From positions 6,141-70,140 of the forward strand of contig CAMKEX010000002.1 of NCBI GenBank assembly GCA_946411695.1: 64,000 bases of DNA, read 5' to 3'. Of this stretch, positions 1 through 8,589 are shown piece by piece. The stretch is from an uncultured Lachnospiraceae bacterium. GTDB taxonomy: Bacteria > Bacillota > Clostridia > Lachnospirales > Lachnospiraceae. Position numbers and translations under genes: made by a program. The notes below the pieces were generated by a model. The model worked only from the letters and a program-made list of their open reading frames with translations. It made no database searches and had not been told where the DNA came from. Within the stretch, counting starts at the first letter, position 1; every line of letters begins with the position of its first letter.

Positions 1-735
1 CAGTGGGGCAACAAGGTTGACAACCTGATCGGCTATGAGATCCGCAGCTATGAAGGCATGTTCCTGGCCGGCTATGCCAGCGAGCTCCTCTCCAAGGACA
101 CAAATCCTGAGCTCGGCTTCTCCGCTTCCTTCAACGAGTTCTCCGTCCGCACCGCCATCAACGCCTATGCACTGGGTGCCCAGTACGCAAATCCCGAGGC
201 AACCGTGCGTGTCGCTTCCGCGGACAGCTGGTACGATATTGATAAAGAGACCCAGTGTGCTCAGTCCCTGATTGACGCCGGCATCAAGTACATGGGTATG
301 GAAGCTTCCTCCCCTGCTATTCCCGAGACCTGCCAGAAGAACGGCGCTTTTGTCGTCGGCTACCACAATGACATGTCCGCGCTGGCTCCCGAGGCAGTCC
401 TGGTCTCCCACATGTGGAATTTTGCACCCATTTTCAAGAACATTATGATCAATGCGGCCGAGGGCACAGCTTCCACCAGCGATTTCTATTACTGGGGCGG
501 CGACTGCTCCAAACTCTCCGACTTTGCCGCTTTCGTTCCCGAAGAAGTTGTCGCGGAAGTCACCGCTCTGCAGGAGAAGATCCAGTCCGGCGAAGTCCAG
601 GTCTTTGCGGGCGAGCTCAAGGACAATGCCGGCAACGTTCTGGTCGCTGACGGCGAAGTGATGTCGGATGAAGACATCATCTTCCAGAATTTCTTTGTGG
701 AAGGTGTCACCACATCCTGGAAGATCGGCGAATAA
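1..735 (+). CDS. BMP family ABC transporter substrate-binding protein (5' truncated by window edge)
   Basis: Frame 1 is open from base 1 (QWGNKVDNLIGYEIRSYEGMFLAGYA...). BMP/PnrA-like segments: 'AINAYALGAQYANPEATV', 'SWYDIDKETQCAQSLIDAG', 'VVGYHNDM'. Confidence 0.8.
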   Translation, partial: QWGNKVDNLIGYEIRSYEGMFLAGYASELLSKDTNPELGFSASFNEFSVRTAINAYALGAQYANPEATVRVASADSWYDIDKETQCAQSLIDAGIKYMGMEASSPAIPETCQKNGAFVVGYHNDMSALAPEAVLVSHMWNFAPIFKNIMINAAEGTASTSDFYYWGGDCSKLSDFAAFVPEEVVAEVTALQEKIQSGEVQVFAGELKDNAGNVLVADGEVMSDEDIIFQNFFVEGVTTSWKIGE

Positions 736-768
736 TCTGTATAACTGTTAATTTATAACGATAGGAGA

Positions 769-2154
769 ATGATCTGTATGGATACACGGAAGTTCCTGGA
801 TCTTTTTGAACGTGGAAAAACGGGAAAAAAGGTCGACAAAAGCGACTGGGACATGGACTATATCATCGATAATGTCATGGACCTGGTGGAAGAGTATGAG
901 TTTGACTGGGACAGAGAAGTCCTGATCCCGGAGGACGACGCTCTTTTTGCGGACATGTTCAAGGCAGCCAGGGAACTCCTGATCAGGACCGGTATTTACA
1001 ACATGACTACCGGCAGGATCATGCAGCTTTCGCCGGAGGAGATCGACGAGGGGCTTCGGAACATGAAGACCGAGCTGACCATGGGAGAGGGAAAAGATGC
1101 CTATACTCTTGTGGCGCGCAAGGTCGAGGACGAGCGTCCCCCCGCGATCTGGGCCGGCAATCCCGGCTGTCCCACACCGGAAAGGCTCTACTATCCGATC
1201 GTGGAGAGCGTGGCCAAAGAGCCGGTCATCGATCTTCTGACCTGCGGCTCCCTGGTGGACGTAGACGGTTACGGAGTCCAGAACGGAGAGCCCTCCGAGA
1301 TTTTTGCCGTCAGGCGTGAGATGGAATATCTGCACAGGGCGCTGGAAAAGGTCGGAAGACCCGGCATGGGCCTTCTGGCTGCCGAGAGTGCCGTGACGGA
1401 AGTCGGCGACCTGGCCGCCGTGGCGGAGCGCTGGCTCCGTCCCTGCGATTCCCACCTGGTGGCCCTCTTCAATGAACTGATCATGGACAACGGAAACCTG
1501 GTGCGGACAGCCAATTCCCTGGATTACGGCATGAAAAATGCCTCCCTGGCCTGCACTATGGTCGGCGGCCTGGGCGGCGACGCTCCGGGCAGCTGTATGA
1601 TCATGATCGCGTCCATCATGGCGGCCAACCTCTTCGCCGCTGCGGACTATCATCTGTGCCATCCCATCCATATCACGGATGTGGCCACCACAGCCCGCGG
1701 ATGCCTCTGGCTGCAGTCCGTGCTCTGCCAGACCTTTGCCAAGCATGCACCCGCCATCATCGTCTGTGACCTGTGGCCTACCAGCGGTGCCATGACCAAA
1801 GAACTTCTCTATGAAGTGGCGGCAAACTCCATCGTTGTCACCGTCAGCGGCGGCCATCTGGAAGGAATCGGCGCGGCCAACGGCCGCGTGCCCCACGGCA
1901 CCGGCCTGGAGTGCCGCCTCATGGGTCAAGTCGGCAAGGCGGTTGCCCGCATGAAACTGACACGGAGCAAAGCCAACGAGATCGTCCTGGCCCTTGTGGA
2001 CAAGTATGAACATGCTTTCAAGATGAAAGACGGAAATCCCGGCAAATGCTTCGACGAAGCATACAACATGGAGACAATCGAGCCCCTGCCCGAATGGCAG
2101 CAGATGTACGACGAGGTCGTTGAGGATCTCCGATCTTTGGGTCTGGAACTGTAA
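769..2154 (+). CDS. Monomethylamine methyltransferase MtmB-family protein, no in-frame amber codon
   Basis: 461 aa with GGAG RBS. 'VGRPGMGLLAAES' matches the MtmB Pyl segment 'AGRPGMGV-O-GPET'. 'TGLECRLMGQV' and 'GKCFDEAYNMETIEP' are also MtmB-like. Confidence 0.85.
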   Translation: MICMDTRKFLDLFERGKTGKKVDKSDWDMDYIIDNVMDLVEEYEFDWDREVLIPEDDALFADMFKAARELLIRTGIYNMTTGRIMQLSPEEIDEGLRNMKTELTMGEGKDAYTLVARKVEDERPPAIWAGNPGCPTPERLYYPIVESVAKEPVIDLLTCGSLVDVDGYGVQNGEPSEIFAVRREMEYLHRALEKVGRPGMGLLAAESAVTEVGDLAAVAERWLRPCDSHLVALFNELIMDNGNLVRTANSLDYGMKNASLACTMVGGLGGDAPGSCMIMIASIMAANLFAAADYHLCHPIHITDVATTARGCLWLQSVLCQTFAKHAPAIIVCDLWPTSGAMTKELLYEVAANSIVVTVSGGHLEGIGAANGRVPHGTGLECRLMGQVGKAVARMKLTRSKANEIVLALVDKYEHAFKMKDGNPGKCFDEAYNMETIEPLPEWQQMYDEVVEDLRSLGLEL

Positions 2155-2170
2155 AAGGGAAAGGGAGACA

Positions 2171-2243
2171 GGAGACAGGGGACGGTTCTCTGTCTCCTGC
2201 ATTTGCCCTTTGAAAAGGAGACAGAGAACCGTCCCCTGTCTCC
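2171..2243. repeat. REP-like palindrome, copy 1
   Basis: Perfect 28-bp inverted repeat: GGAGACAGGGGACGGTTCTCTGTCTCCT (2171-2198) and 2216-2243, with a 17-bp spacer. Confidence 0.9.
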
Positions 2244-2265
2244 CCCGCTCGGGCTGTATCACAAG

Positions 2266-2312
2266 AAAAAAACAGGCCCCTCTGCACGGAAAGTGCAGAG
2301 GGGCCTGTTTTT
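2266..2312. terminator. Bidirectional intrinsic terminator
   Basis: A-run, CAGGCCCCTCTGCAC-GGAAA-GTGCAGAGGGGCCTG, T-run; lies between convergent genes. Confidence 0.85.
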
Positions 2313-2325
2313 GATTCATAGACAT

Positions 2326-2649
2326 TTACAGACCTCTGAGGATTTTCAGATAATCCTGACGCTGATCTGTAATTGCATAGATTGTGACGATTTTTTCTGC
2401 TTCATTGATTTTGTAAAAGACCAGATCTTTTTCCAATATAAGTACTTTAAAGCCCTGCCGGCGCAGGACCATGTAGCGGGGATCTATGCCGGCATAAGGA
2501 TTTTCCGCAAGTATGGAAATTTTCCTCTCTATTCTGTCCAGTCTGTCCAATGCCGTTTCATTTCCTAATTTTTCCGCAATGAAGAGAACGATTTTCCGAA
2601 GGCAGGAATCGGCTGTTTCCGTTCTGAGTAAAGTATACAAGTTTCTCAT
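2326..2649 (-). CDS. RelE/ParE family toxin
   Basis: 107 aa; 'LRKIVLFIAE...RIERKISILAENPYAG...LVFYKINEAEKIVTIYAI..QRQDY'. Overlaps the antitoxin stop by 4 bp. Confidence 0.85.
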   Translation of the reverse strand: MRNLYTLLRTETADSCLRKIVLFIAEKLGNETALDRLDRIERKISILAENPYAGIDPRYMVLRRQGFKVLILEKDLVFYKINEAEKIVTIYAITDQRQDYLKILRGL

Positions 2650-2924
2650 CCCCCCTTTAACATTGCGCGCAGATCGTCAAAGGAGGTCTGCAGGGGAGCG
2701 ACTCTTTCGCTTCTGACATCTTCTTCAGCCTCTGCGAGGAGCTCAAGCAGTTCAAGGCGGGATTTCATCTGTAAATATTCTTCATAGCCAATGGAAACGG
2801 TGTCACCTCTCCCATTTACAGTGATGATGACGACCTCTCTCTCTTCCCGGCATTTTCTGGAGATCTCGCTGTAATGATTACGAAGATCTGCAGAGGGACG
2901 GATCGTCTCTTTGATCGAGATCAT
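2646..2924 (-). CDS. Phd/YefM family antitoxin
   Basis: 'IRPSADLRNHYSEISRKCREEREVVIITVNGRGDTVSIGYEEY'. ATG at 2924 has a GGAGGG RBS 6 nt upstream. Confidence 0.85.
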   Translation of the reverse strand: MISIKETIRPSADLRNHYSEISRKCREEREVVIITVNGRGDTVSIGYEEYLQMKSRLELLELLAEAEEDVRSERVAPLQTSFDDLRAMLKGG

Positions 2925-2966
2925 AGAATACCCTCCATTAAACAAGTGATGTGATTGCGTAGTCAT

Positions 2967-2996
2967 ATTATATCATCATAATGATATGAGCGTCAA
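2967..2996 (-). promoter_or_regulatory. Sigma-70 promoter of the TA operon with overlapping palindromic operator
   Basis: Minus strand TTGACG-N18-TATAAT with TG extension. Palindrome ATATCAT-cata-ATGATAT at 2970-2987. Confidence 0.65.
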
Positions 2997-3007
2997 CAAA
3001 ACTGTAT

Positions 3008-3892
3008 TTACCGCTTCAGACTCTTGTGGCTCTTGCGGTACTGGCCGGGAGAGGAGCCGACTTTTTTGACAAAGAGGTTGATGAGGCTTCCGCTGGAGGA
3101 ATATCCGACCTCCTCTGCAATCTCGGAAATCGACATGCTTGTCGTGAGCAGGAGGGTCTTGGCGTGCTCGATGCGGGTGTTGATCACATATTCCATGGGA
3201 GCGAAGCCGGTCTCCCGCTTGAACATATGGGAAAAATAGAAGGGGCTGAGTTTGGCGATCTCTGCCAGCTCCTCCAGGGTGATGGGCTTGCCGACATTGG
3301 CGCGGATGTATTCCACGGCGGCAGTGATGGGCAGTTCCTCCTTCTGCTCCTGGATGGAGGGAGAGAGAAGGATTTCGAACAGTTTGTAAATGCGCGCAGA
3401 GCTTTCAAACATGGTCTCCGCGTGGTTGTGCTCGTACAGATAGACCATATCCTGCAGCAGGATGTTGACACGCTCGTTGCGGCTGTCTCTGACAAAGCGC
3501 CCCTCTTCGTCCCGGTCCTCCCGGCGAAAGAGCCATCCGTGGAGATTGATGATGTGCTGCGTGATCTCGTGCGCGTTGGATCCCTCGTAATGCATATAGA
3601 GGAATTCCAGATTGTTCTCCGCGTGATAGTAGTGGGGCTCTGTGCAGTCCAGAAGAACGACGTCGCCCTCCCGGGCCTGCCGTTTCTCCCCGCGGTACTC
3701 CACATTGAGGATGCCCCTGCGCACATAGATGACCAGGAGAGGCGGGTAGGAATTCCTTTTCATATAGTAGCGCGAGGAACAGAAATAGTGCCCGCACCAG
3801 GTCGGGTAGAAATAGAGCTGTCTGGCAATATCCGGGGGTGTAAATGAAAAACAGATCGAATTTGGCAGTACGCCGATATCAACACTTTTCAC
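3008..3892 (-). CDS. AraC family transcriptional regulator, copy 1
   Basis: C-terminal AraC HTH 'ITLEELAEIAKLSPFYFSHMFKRETG...ISEIAEEVGY'. GTG start at 3892 chosen by colinearity with copy 2 (294 aa). Confidence 0.9.
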   Translation of the reverse strand: MKSVDIGVLPNSICFSFTPPDIARQLYFYPTWCGHYFCSSRYYMKRNSYPPLLVIYVRRGILNVEYRGEKRQAREGDVVLLDCTEPHYYHAENNLEFLYMHYEGSNAHEITQHIINLHGWLFRREDRDEEGRFVRDSRNERVNILLQDMVYLYEHNHAETMFESSARIYKLFEILLSPSIQEQKEELPITAAVEYIRANVGKPITLEELAEIAKLSPFYFSHMFKRETGFAPMEYVINTRIEHAKTLLLTTSMSISEIAEEVGYSSSGSLINLFVKKVGSSPGQYRKSHKSLKR

Positions 3893-4352
3893 AAAAAACC
3901 ACCTTTCTTTTTGGGGACAATCGACAAAAACTCCTTTTAAAACACTGATTTCTGCGAAAATACGCAGCCGGATTGATGAACTTTGAAGCAAGGTTGATGA
4001 CAAGCAAAATAGATGAATTTTTAAGCAAGTCTATCTATTTTACATCCATTATTTCAAGTATATACTAAGCACAGCAAAAAAACAAATCGGCAAACAAAAA
4101 AGGGAAATAAATGCTGAAAATAGATTCCCGAAAGGCCGGTCTTGTACATTTTTGCAGCGATAAAGCTCCATTTTCCGGAAAAAAGAGCAGCGTTACTTCA
4201 AAGAGCAGGAATTGACAATTTTATCAAACCAAAAATGAGTACCGGGTCTTTCGGGACCGATGAAAAACTGAAAAAAACAGGTGCAGCGAACGTAAGACCG
4301 GCACTGGAGAGGCCGGCATTAAAAAACCACATTTTTTAAAAGGAGATCAGAT

Positions 4353-5534
4353 ATGTATATCGGACAGAAAATCATCAAAAGGGCACCTTTCCGCTGGGGC
4401 ATCGTGGGCGGCGGCTCCACCAGTAACGTAGGCTACAAGCATCGCCTGGGCGCTATGCGCGACAACACATCCTTCGTCCTTACCGCAGCGGCATTCGACG
4501 TTGATTTTGAGCGCGGCAGACAGTTCGGCATCGACCTCTGCATGGATCCCGACCGTCTGTATCCCGATTACAAGACCATGTTCGAGGAAGAGGCAAAGCG
4601 CCCCGACGGCATCGAGGCAGTCGACATCGCGACCCCCAACTTCCTCCACTATGAAGCGACCAAGGCAGCCCTGGAAGCCGGCCTCCACGTCATCTGCGAG
4701 AAGCCCCTCTTCTTCGAAGTCGAGCAGGGCCTTGAGATCAAGAAGCTGGCCGAGGAAAAAGGCAAAGTCGTCTGCGTGACCTACGGCTTCTCCGGATTCG
4801 AACTCCTGCTGCAGATGCGCGCCATGATCGAGCGCGGCGACATCGGCAAGGTCAACATGATCGACCTGCGCTACGCACACGGCTTCGGCTGCGATCCCGA
4901 AGGCGACGTCAAGGCGGAAGGCCAGAAGTGGCGCGTGGATCCCAAGAAGGTCGGCCGTGCATTCGTCCTGGGCGACCTGTCCACACACACCTACTACATG
5001 TCCCAGCTGATCTGCCCTAATGAGAAGCTCAAACAGGTCCTCTGCGACCGCCAGGCTTTCGTCGGCTCCCGCTATCCCCTCGAGGACAACGCATACTGCC
5101 TGATGCGCTATGAGAGCGGCGCGGTCGGACGTATGTGGGCATCCGCAGTCAACGCGGGCGACCACTCCTCCCAGACCATCCGCATCGTCGGCTCCAAGGC
5201 TTCCCTGGAGTGGAACGACATGCATCCCGATGAGCTGCGCTACCAGGTACAGGGCAAGCCCGAGCAGATTCTGATCCGCTCCATGGATTACCTCTATCCC
5301 GAAGCCCTGGAAGACGAGAGACTGGGCGCCCTCCACTACACCGGCCTCATCGATTCCTGGTCCAACCTCTACAAGAGATTCGCGATCGCCATGGACGCCA
5401 AGGAGCGCGGCGACGAAGAGACCCTGAACAACCTCGTTTATCCCGATATCGACCACGGTATCGACGGCATCAAGTGGATCAATGCCTGTGCGGATTCCGC
5501 TGACGCCGGCGCTGTCTGGGTAGACGTGAACTGA
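4353..5534 (+). CDS. Gfo/Idh/MocA family oxidoreductase (inositol dehydrogenase-like), copy 1
   Basis: 'WGIVGGG', 'IATPNFLH', 'HVICEKPL', 'LGDLSTH'; AGGAG RBS. Confidence 0.9.
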   Translation: MYIGQKIIKRAPFRWGIVGGGSTSNVGYKHRLGAMRDNTSFVLTAAAFDVDFERGRQFGIDLCMDPDRLYPDYKTMFEEEAKRPDGIEAVDIATPNFLHYEATKAALEAGLHVICEKPLFFEVEQGLEIKKLAEEKGKVVCVTYGFSGFELLLQMRAMIERGDIGKVNMIDLRYAHGFGCDPEGDVKAEGQKWRVDPKKVGRAFVLGDLSTHTYYMSQLICPNEKLKQVLCDRQAFVGSRYPLEDNAYCLMRYESGAVGRMWASAVNAGDHSSQTIRIVGSKASLEWNDMHPDELRYQVQGKPEQILIRSMDYLYPEALEDERLGALHYTGLIDSWSNLYKRFAIAMDAKERGDEETLNNLVYPDIDHGIDGIKWINACADSADAGAVWVDVN

Positions 5535-5675
5535 TATTATCTTGTCTACGGCACCGTGTCGGAACGCGAAATCGTTTATATGGATGCGAGAATCCTTGTC
5601 AAGGAAAGCTTATAAACCCGATTTTCTTATTACAAAATAGAAATCTTCTCCAAAAAGAATAAACGCAAAAAGTAG

Positions 5676-5714
5676 GGGCGCCGGCAGAAAGCAAAACTGC
5701 CGGCGCCCTGTTTT
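5676..5714. terminator. Intrinsic terminator
   Basis: GGGCGCCGGCAG...CTGCCGGCGCCC followed by TGTTTT; between convergent genes. Confidence 0.75.
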
Positions 5715-5819
5715 GCTGCTATGGGCAGCATGATCTGCGCAGATCTGATTGTTTGTGTTTTAGGTACAGGGGATGATTCCCCGGTTCCCGGACGGTATCT
5801 TCCTCCGAAACAGTAACAC

Positions 5820-6704
5820 TTAGCGCTTCAGGCTCTTGTGGTTCTTGCGGTACTGGCCGGGGGAAGATCCGACTTTTTTAACAAAGAGGTTGATGAGGCT
5901 TCCGCTGTTGGAATAGCCGACTTCCTCCGCAATCTCGGACACCGTCATGTTTGTCGTCAGAAGGAGAGTCTTGGCGCGCTCGATTCGGGTGTTGATCACA
6001 TACTCCAGGGGAGAGAAGCCTGTTTCGCGCTTGAACATATGGGAAAAGTAGTAGGGACTGAGCTGCGCTATGCCAGCCAGTTCTTCGAGGGTGATGGGCT
6101 TGCCGACATTGGCGCGGATATATTCCACGGCTGCAGTGATGGGCAGTTCCTCTTTCTGCTCCTGCCTTGTAGGAGATAAAAGAATCTCGAACAGCCTGTA
6201 GATGCGCATGGAACTTTCAAAGATTCCCTCCGCGTGACTGCGCTCATACAGATAGACCATATCCTGCAGCAGGATATTGACACGCTCGTTGCGGCTGTCC
6301 CGCACAAGATTTCCATCTGCGCCGCGGTTCTCTCCGCGAAGGATCCACCCGTGGAGATCGATGATTCTCTGCGTGATCTCGTGCGAGTTTGAACCTGAAT
6401 AGTGCATGTAAAGAAATTCCAGATTGTTCTCCGCGTGGTAGTAATGAGGCTCTGTGCAGTCCAGGAGAACGACGTCGCCTTCCTGCGCCTGTCGGATCTC
6501 TCCCCGGTATTCTACGTTGAGAACGCCTTTGCGTATGTATAGGACCAGAAGCGGCGGGTAGTGGTTTCTCCTCATAAAGTAGCGCGAAGAGCAGTAATAG
6601 TGACCGCACCAGGTTGGATAGAAGTAGAGTTTCCTTGCGATTTCCGGGGGTGTAAACGAAAAACAGATCGAATTTGGCAGAACACCGATGTCAACACTTT
6701 TCAC
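5820..6704 (-). CDS. AraC family transcriptional regulator, copy 2
   Basis: 294 aa, colinear with 3008-3892 but with many substitutions. Confidence 0.9.
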   Translation of the reverse strand: MKSVDIGVLPNSICFSFTPPEIARKLYFYPTWCGHYYCSSRYFMRRNHYPPLLVLYIRKGVLNVEYRGEIRQAQEGDVVLLDCTEPHYYHAENNLEFLYMHYSGSNSHEITQRIIDLHGWILRGENRGADGNLVRDSRNERVNILLQDMVYLYERSHAEGIFESSMRIYRLFEILLSPTRQEQKEELPITAAVEYIRANVGKPITLEELAGIAQLSPYYFSHMFKRETGFSPLEYVINTRIERAKTLLLTTNMTVSEIAEEVGYSNSGSLINLFVKKVGSSPGQYRKNHKSLKR

Positions 6705-7164
6705 AAAAAACCACCTTTCGATTTATGGAAATCAACAATAAATACCTTCAAAATTGTACACTTTGCAAAAAATATACAGCAGGATTAAATAATTATAAAG
6801 CAAGATTAATGAGAAGCAGGATTGATGAATTTTTAAGCAAATCCATCTATTTCGTCAAGATGGTTTCCATTATATACTAAGCCTAGCAAAAAAACAAATA
6901 GGCATGCAAAAGGGGGTAATATTTCATAAAAAAATATTCCTGTAACGCCAGTATTTGTGCATTTTTGCTTTGACAAGCTCAAATTTCCGGAAAAAAGAGC
7001 AGAGTTATTTCATGAGCAAGAACTGATAATTTTTTGTCAACAAAAAACAGGGACACGGTCCTGCGGGACCAATGACAAAGCAAGAAAACAGTAAAGCAAA
7101 CATGGCACAGAACCGGCTCGAAGCAGTCCGGCGCAAAATCAAATTTTCAAAAAGGAGATCAGAT

Positions 7165-8346
7165 ATGTATATCGGACAGAAAATCATCAAAAGGGCACCT
7201 TTCCGCTGGGGCATCGTGGGCGGCGGCTCCACCAGTAACGTAGGCTACAAGCATCGCCTGGGCGCTATGCGCGACAACACATCCTTCGTCCTTACCGCAG
7301 CGGCATTCGACGTTGATTTTGAGCGCGGCAGACAGTTCGGCATCGACCTCTGCATGGATCCCGACCGTCTGTATCCCGATTACAAGACCATGTTCGAGGA
7401 AGAGGCAAAGCGCCCCGACGGCATCGAGGCAGTCGACATCGCGACCCCCAACTTCCTCCACTATGAAGCGACCAAGGCAGCCCTGGAAGCCGGCCTCCAC
7501 GTCATCTGCGAGAAGCCCCTCTTCTTCGAAGTCGAGCAGGGCCTTGAGATCAAGAAGCTGGCCGAGGAAAAAGGCAAAGTCGTCTGCGTGACCTACGGCT
7601 TCTCCGGATTCGAACTCCTGCTGCAGATGCGCGCCATGATCGAGCGCGGCGACATCGGCAAGGTCAACATGATCGACCTGCGCTACGCACACGGCTTCGG
7701 CTGCGATCCCGAAGGCGACGTCAAGGCGGAAGGCCAGAAGTGGCGCGTGGATCCCAAGAAGGTCGGCCGTGCATTCGTCCTGGGCGACCTGTCCACACAC
7801 ACCTACTACATGTCCCAGCTGATCTGCCCTAATGAGAAGCTCAAACAGGTCCTCTGCGACCGCCAGGCTTTCGTCGGCTCCCGCTATCCCCTCGAGGACA
7901 ACGCATACTGCCTGATGCGCTATGAGAGCGGCGCGGTCGGACGTATGTGGGCATCCGCAGTCAACGCGGGCGACCACTCCTCCCAGACCATCCGCATCGT
8001 CGGCTCCAAGGCTTCCCTGGAGTGGAACGACATGCATCCCGATGAGCTGCGCTACCAGGTACAGGGCAAGCCCGAGCAGATTCTGATCCGCTCCATGGAT
8101 TACCTCTATCCCGAAGCCCTGGAAGACGAGAGACTGGGCGCCCTCCACTACACCGGCCTCATCGATTCCTGGTCCAACCTCTACAAGAGATTCGCGATCG
8201 CCATGGACGCCAAGGAGCGCGGCGACGAAGAGACCCTGAACAACCTCGTCTATCCCGATATCGACCACGGTATCGACGGCATCAAGTGGATCAATGCCTG
8301 CGCGGATTCCGCTGACGCCGGCGCTGTCTGGGTAGACGTGAACTAA
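7165..8346 (+). CDS. Gfo/Idh/MocA family oxidoreductase, copy 2
   Basis: Protein identical to 4353-5534; ATG at 7165 after AAAAGGAGATCAGAT. Confidence 0.9.
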   Translation: MYIGQKIIKRAPFRWGIVGGGSTSNVGYKHRLGAMRDNTSFVLTAAAFDVDFERGRQFGIDLCMDPDRLYPDYKTMFEEEAKRPDGIEAVDIATPNFLHYEATKAALEAGLHVICEKPLFFEVEQGLEIKKLAEEKGKVVCVTYGFSGFELLLQMRAMIERGDIGKVNMIDLRYAHGFGCDPEGDVKAEGQKWRVDPKKVGRAFVLGDLSTHTYYMSQLICPNEKLKQVLCDRQAFVGSRYPLEDNAYCLMRYESGAVGRMWASAVNAGDHSSQTIRIVGSKASLEWNDMHPDELRYQVQGKPEQILIRSMDYLYPEALEDERLGALHYTGLIDSWSNLYKRFAIAMDAKERGDEETLNNLVYPDIDHGIDGIKWINACADSADAGAVWVDVN

Positions 8347-8480
8347 TATCAGATCTGCCAAAACGATAGTTACCCTCTTGTCTGTCAGCCGGCAGTGCTT
8401 CTCTCCTATCTTTAAACACTGCCGGCATGACAGAGCCCTACATCTGTATATTTTTGATAACTTCCTGGAGGAGACAGGAG

Positions 8481-8541
8481 GGAGACAGGGGACGGTTCTG
8501 TGTCTCCTGTCTGAGGAGACACAGAACCGTCCCCTGTCTCC
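8481..8541. repeat. REP-like palindrome, copy 2
   Basis: Perfect 28-bp inverted repeat: GGAGACAGGGGACGGTTCTGTGTCTCCT (8481-8508) and 8514-8541, with a 5-bp spacer. Confidence 0.9.
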
Positions 8542-8589
8542 CTCCTCCCCATTCCTACAAATCCCCACTCAGAAAAGGAGAATAAAATA

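Noticed and set aside
769-2154. Pyrrolysine recoding / PYLIS element
   Set aside because: There is no in-frame TAG and no pyl genes or tRNA-Pyl in the window.
748-2325. 525-aa minus-strand ORF and similar long antisense ORFs (e.g. 7159-8568, 19775-21484, 52311-54356, 59684-61165)
   Set aside because: They overlap well-supported genes on the opposite strand and have no recognisable motifs; they are shadow ORFs from codon bias.
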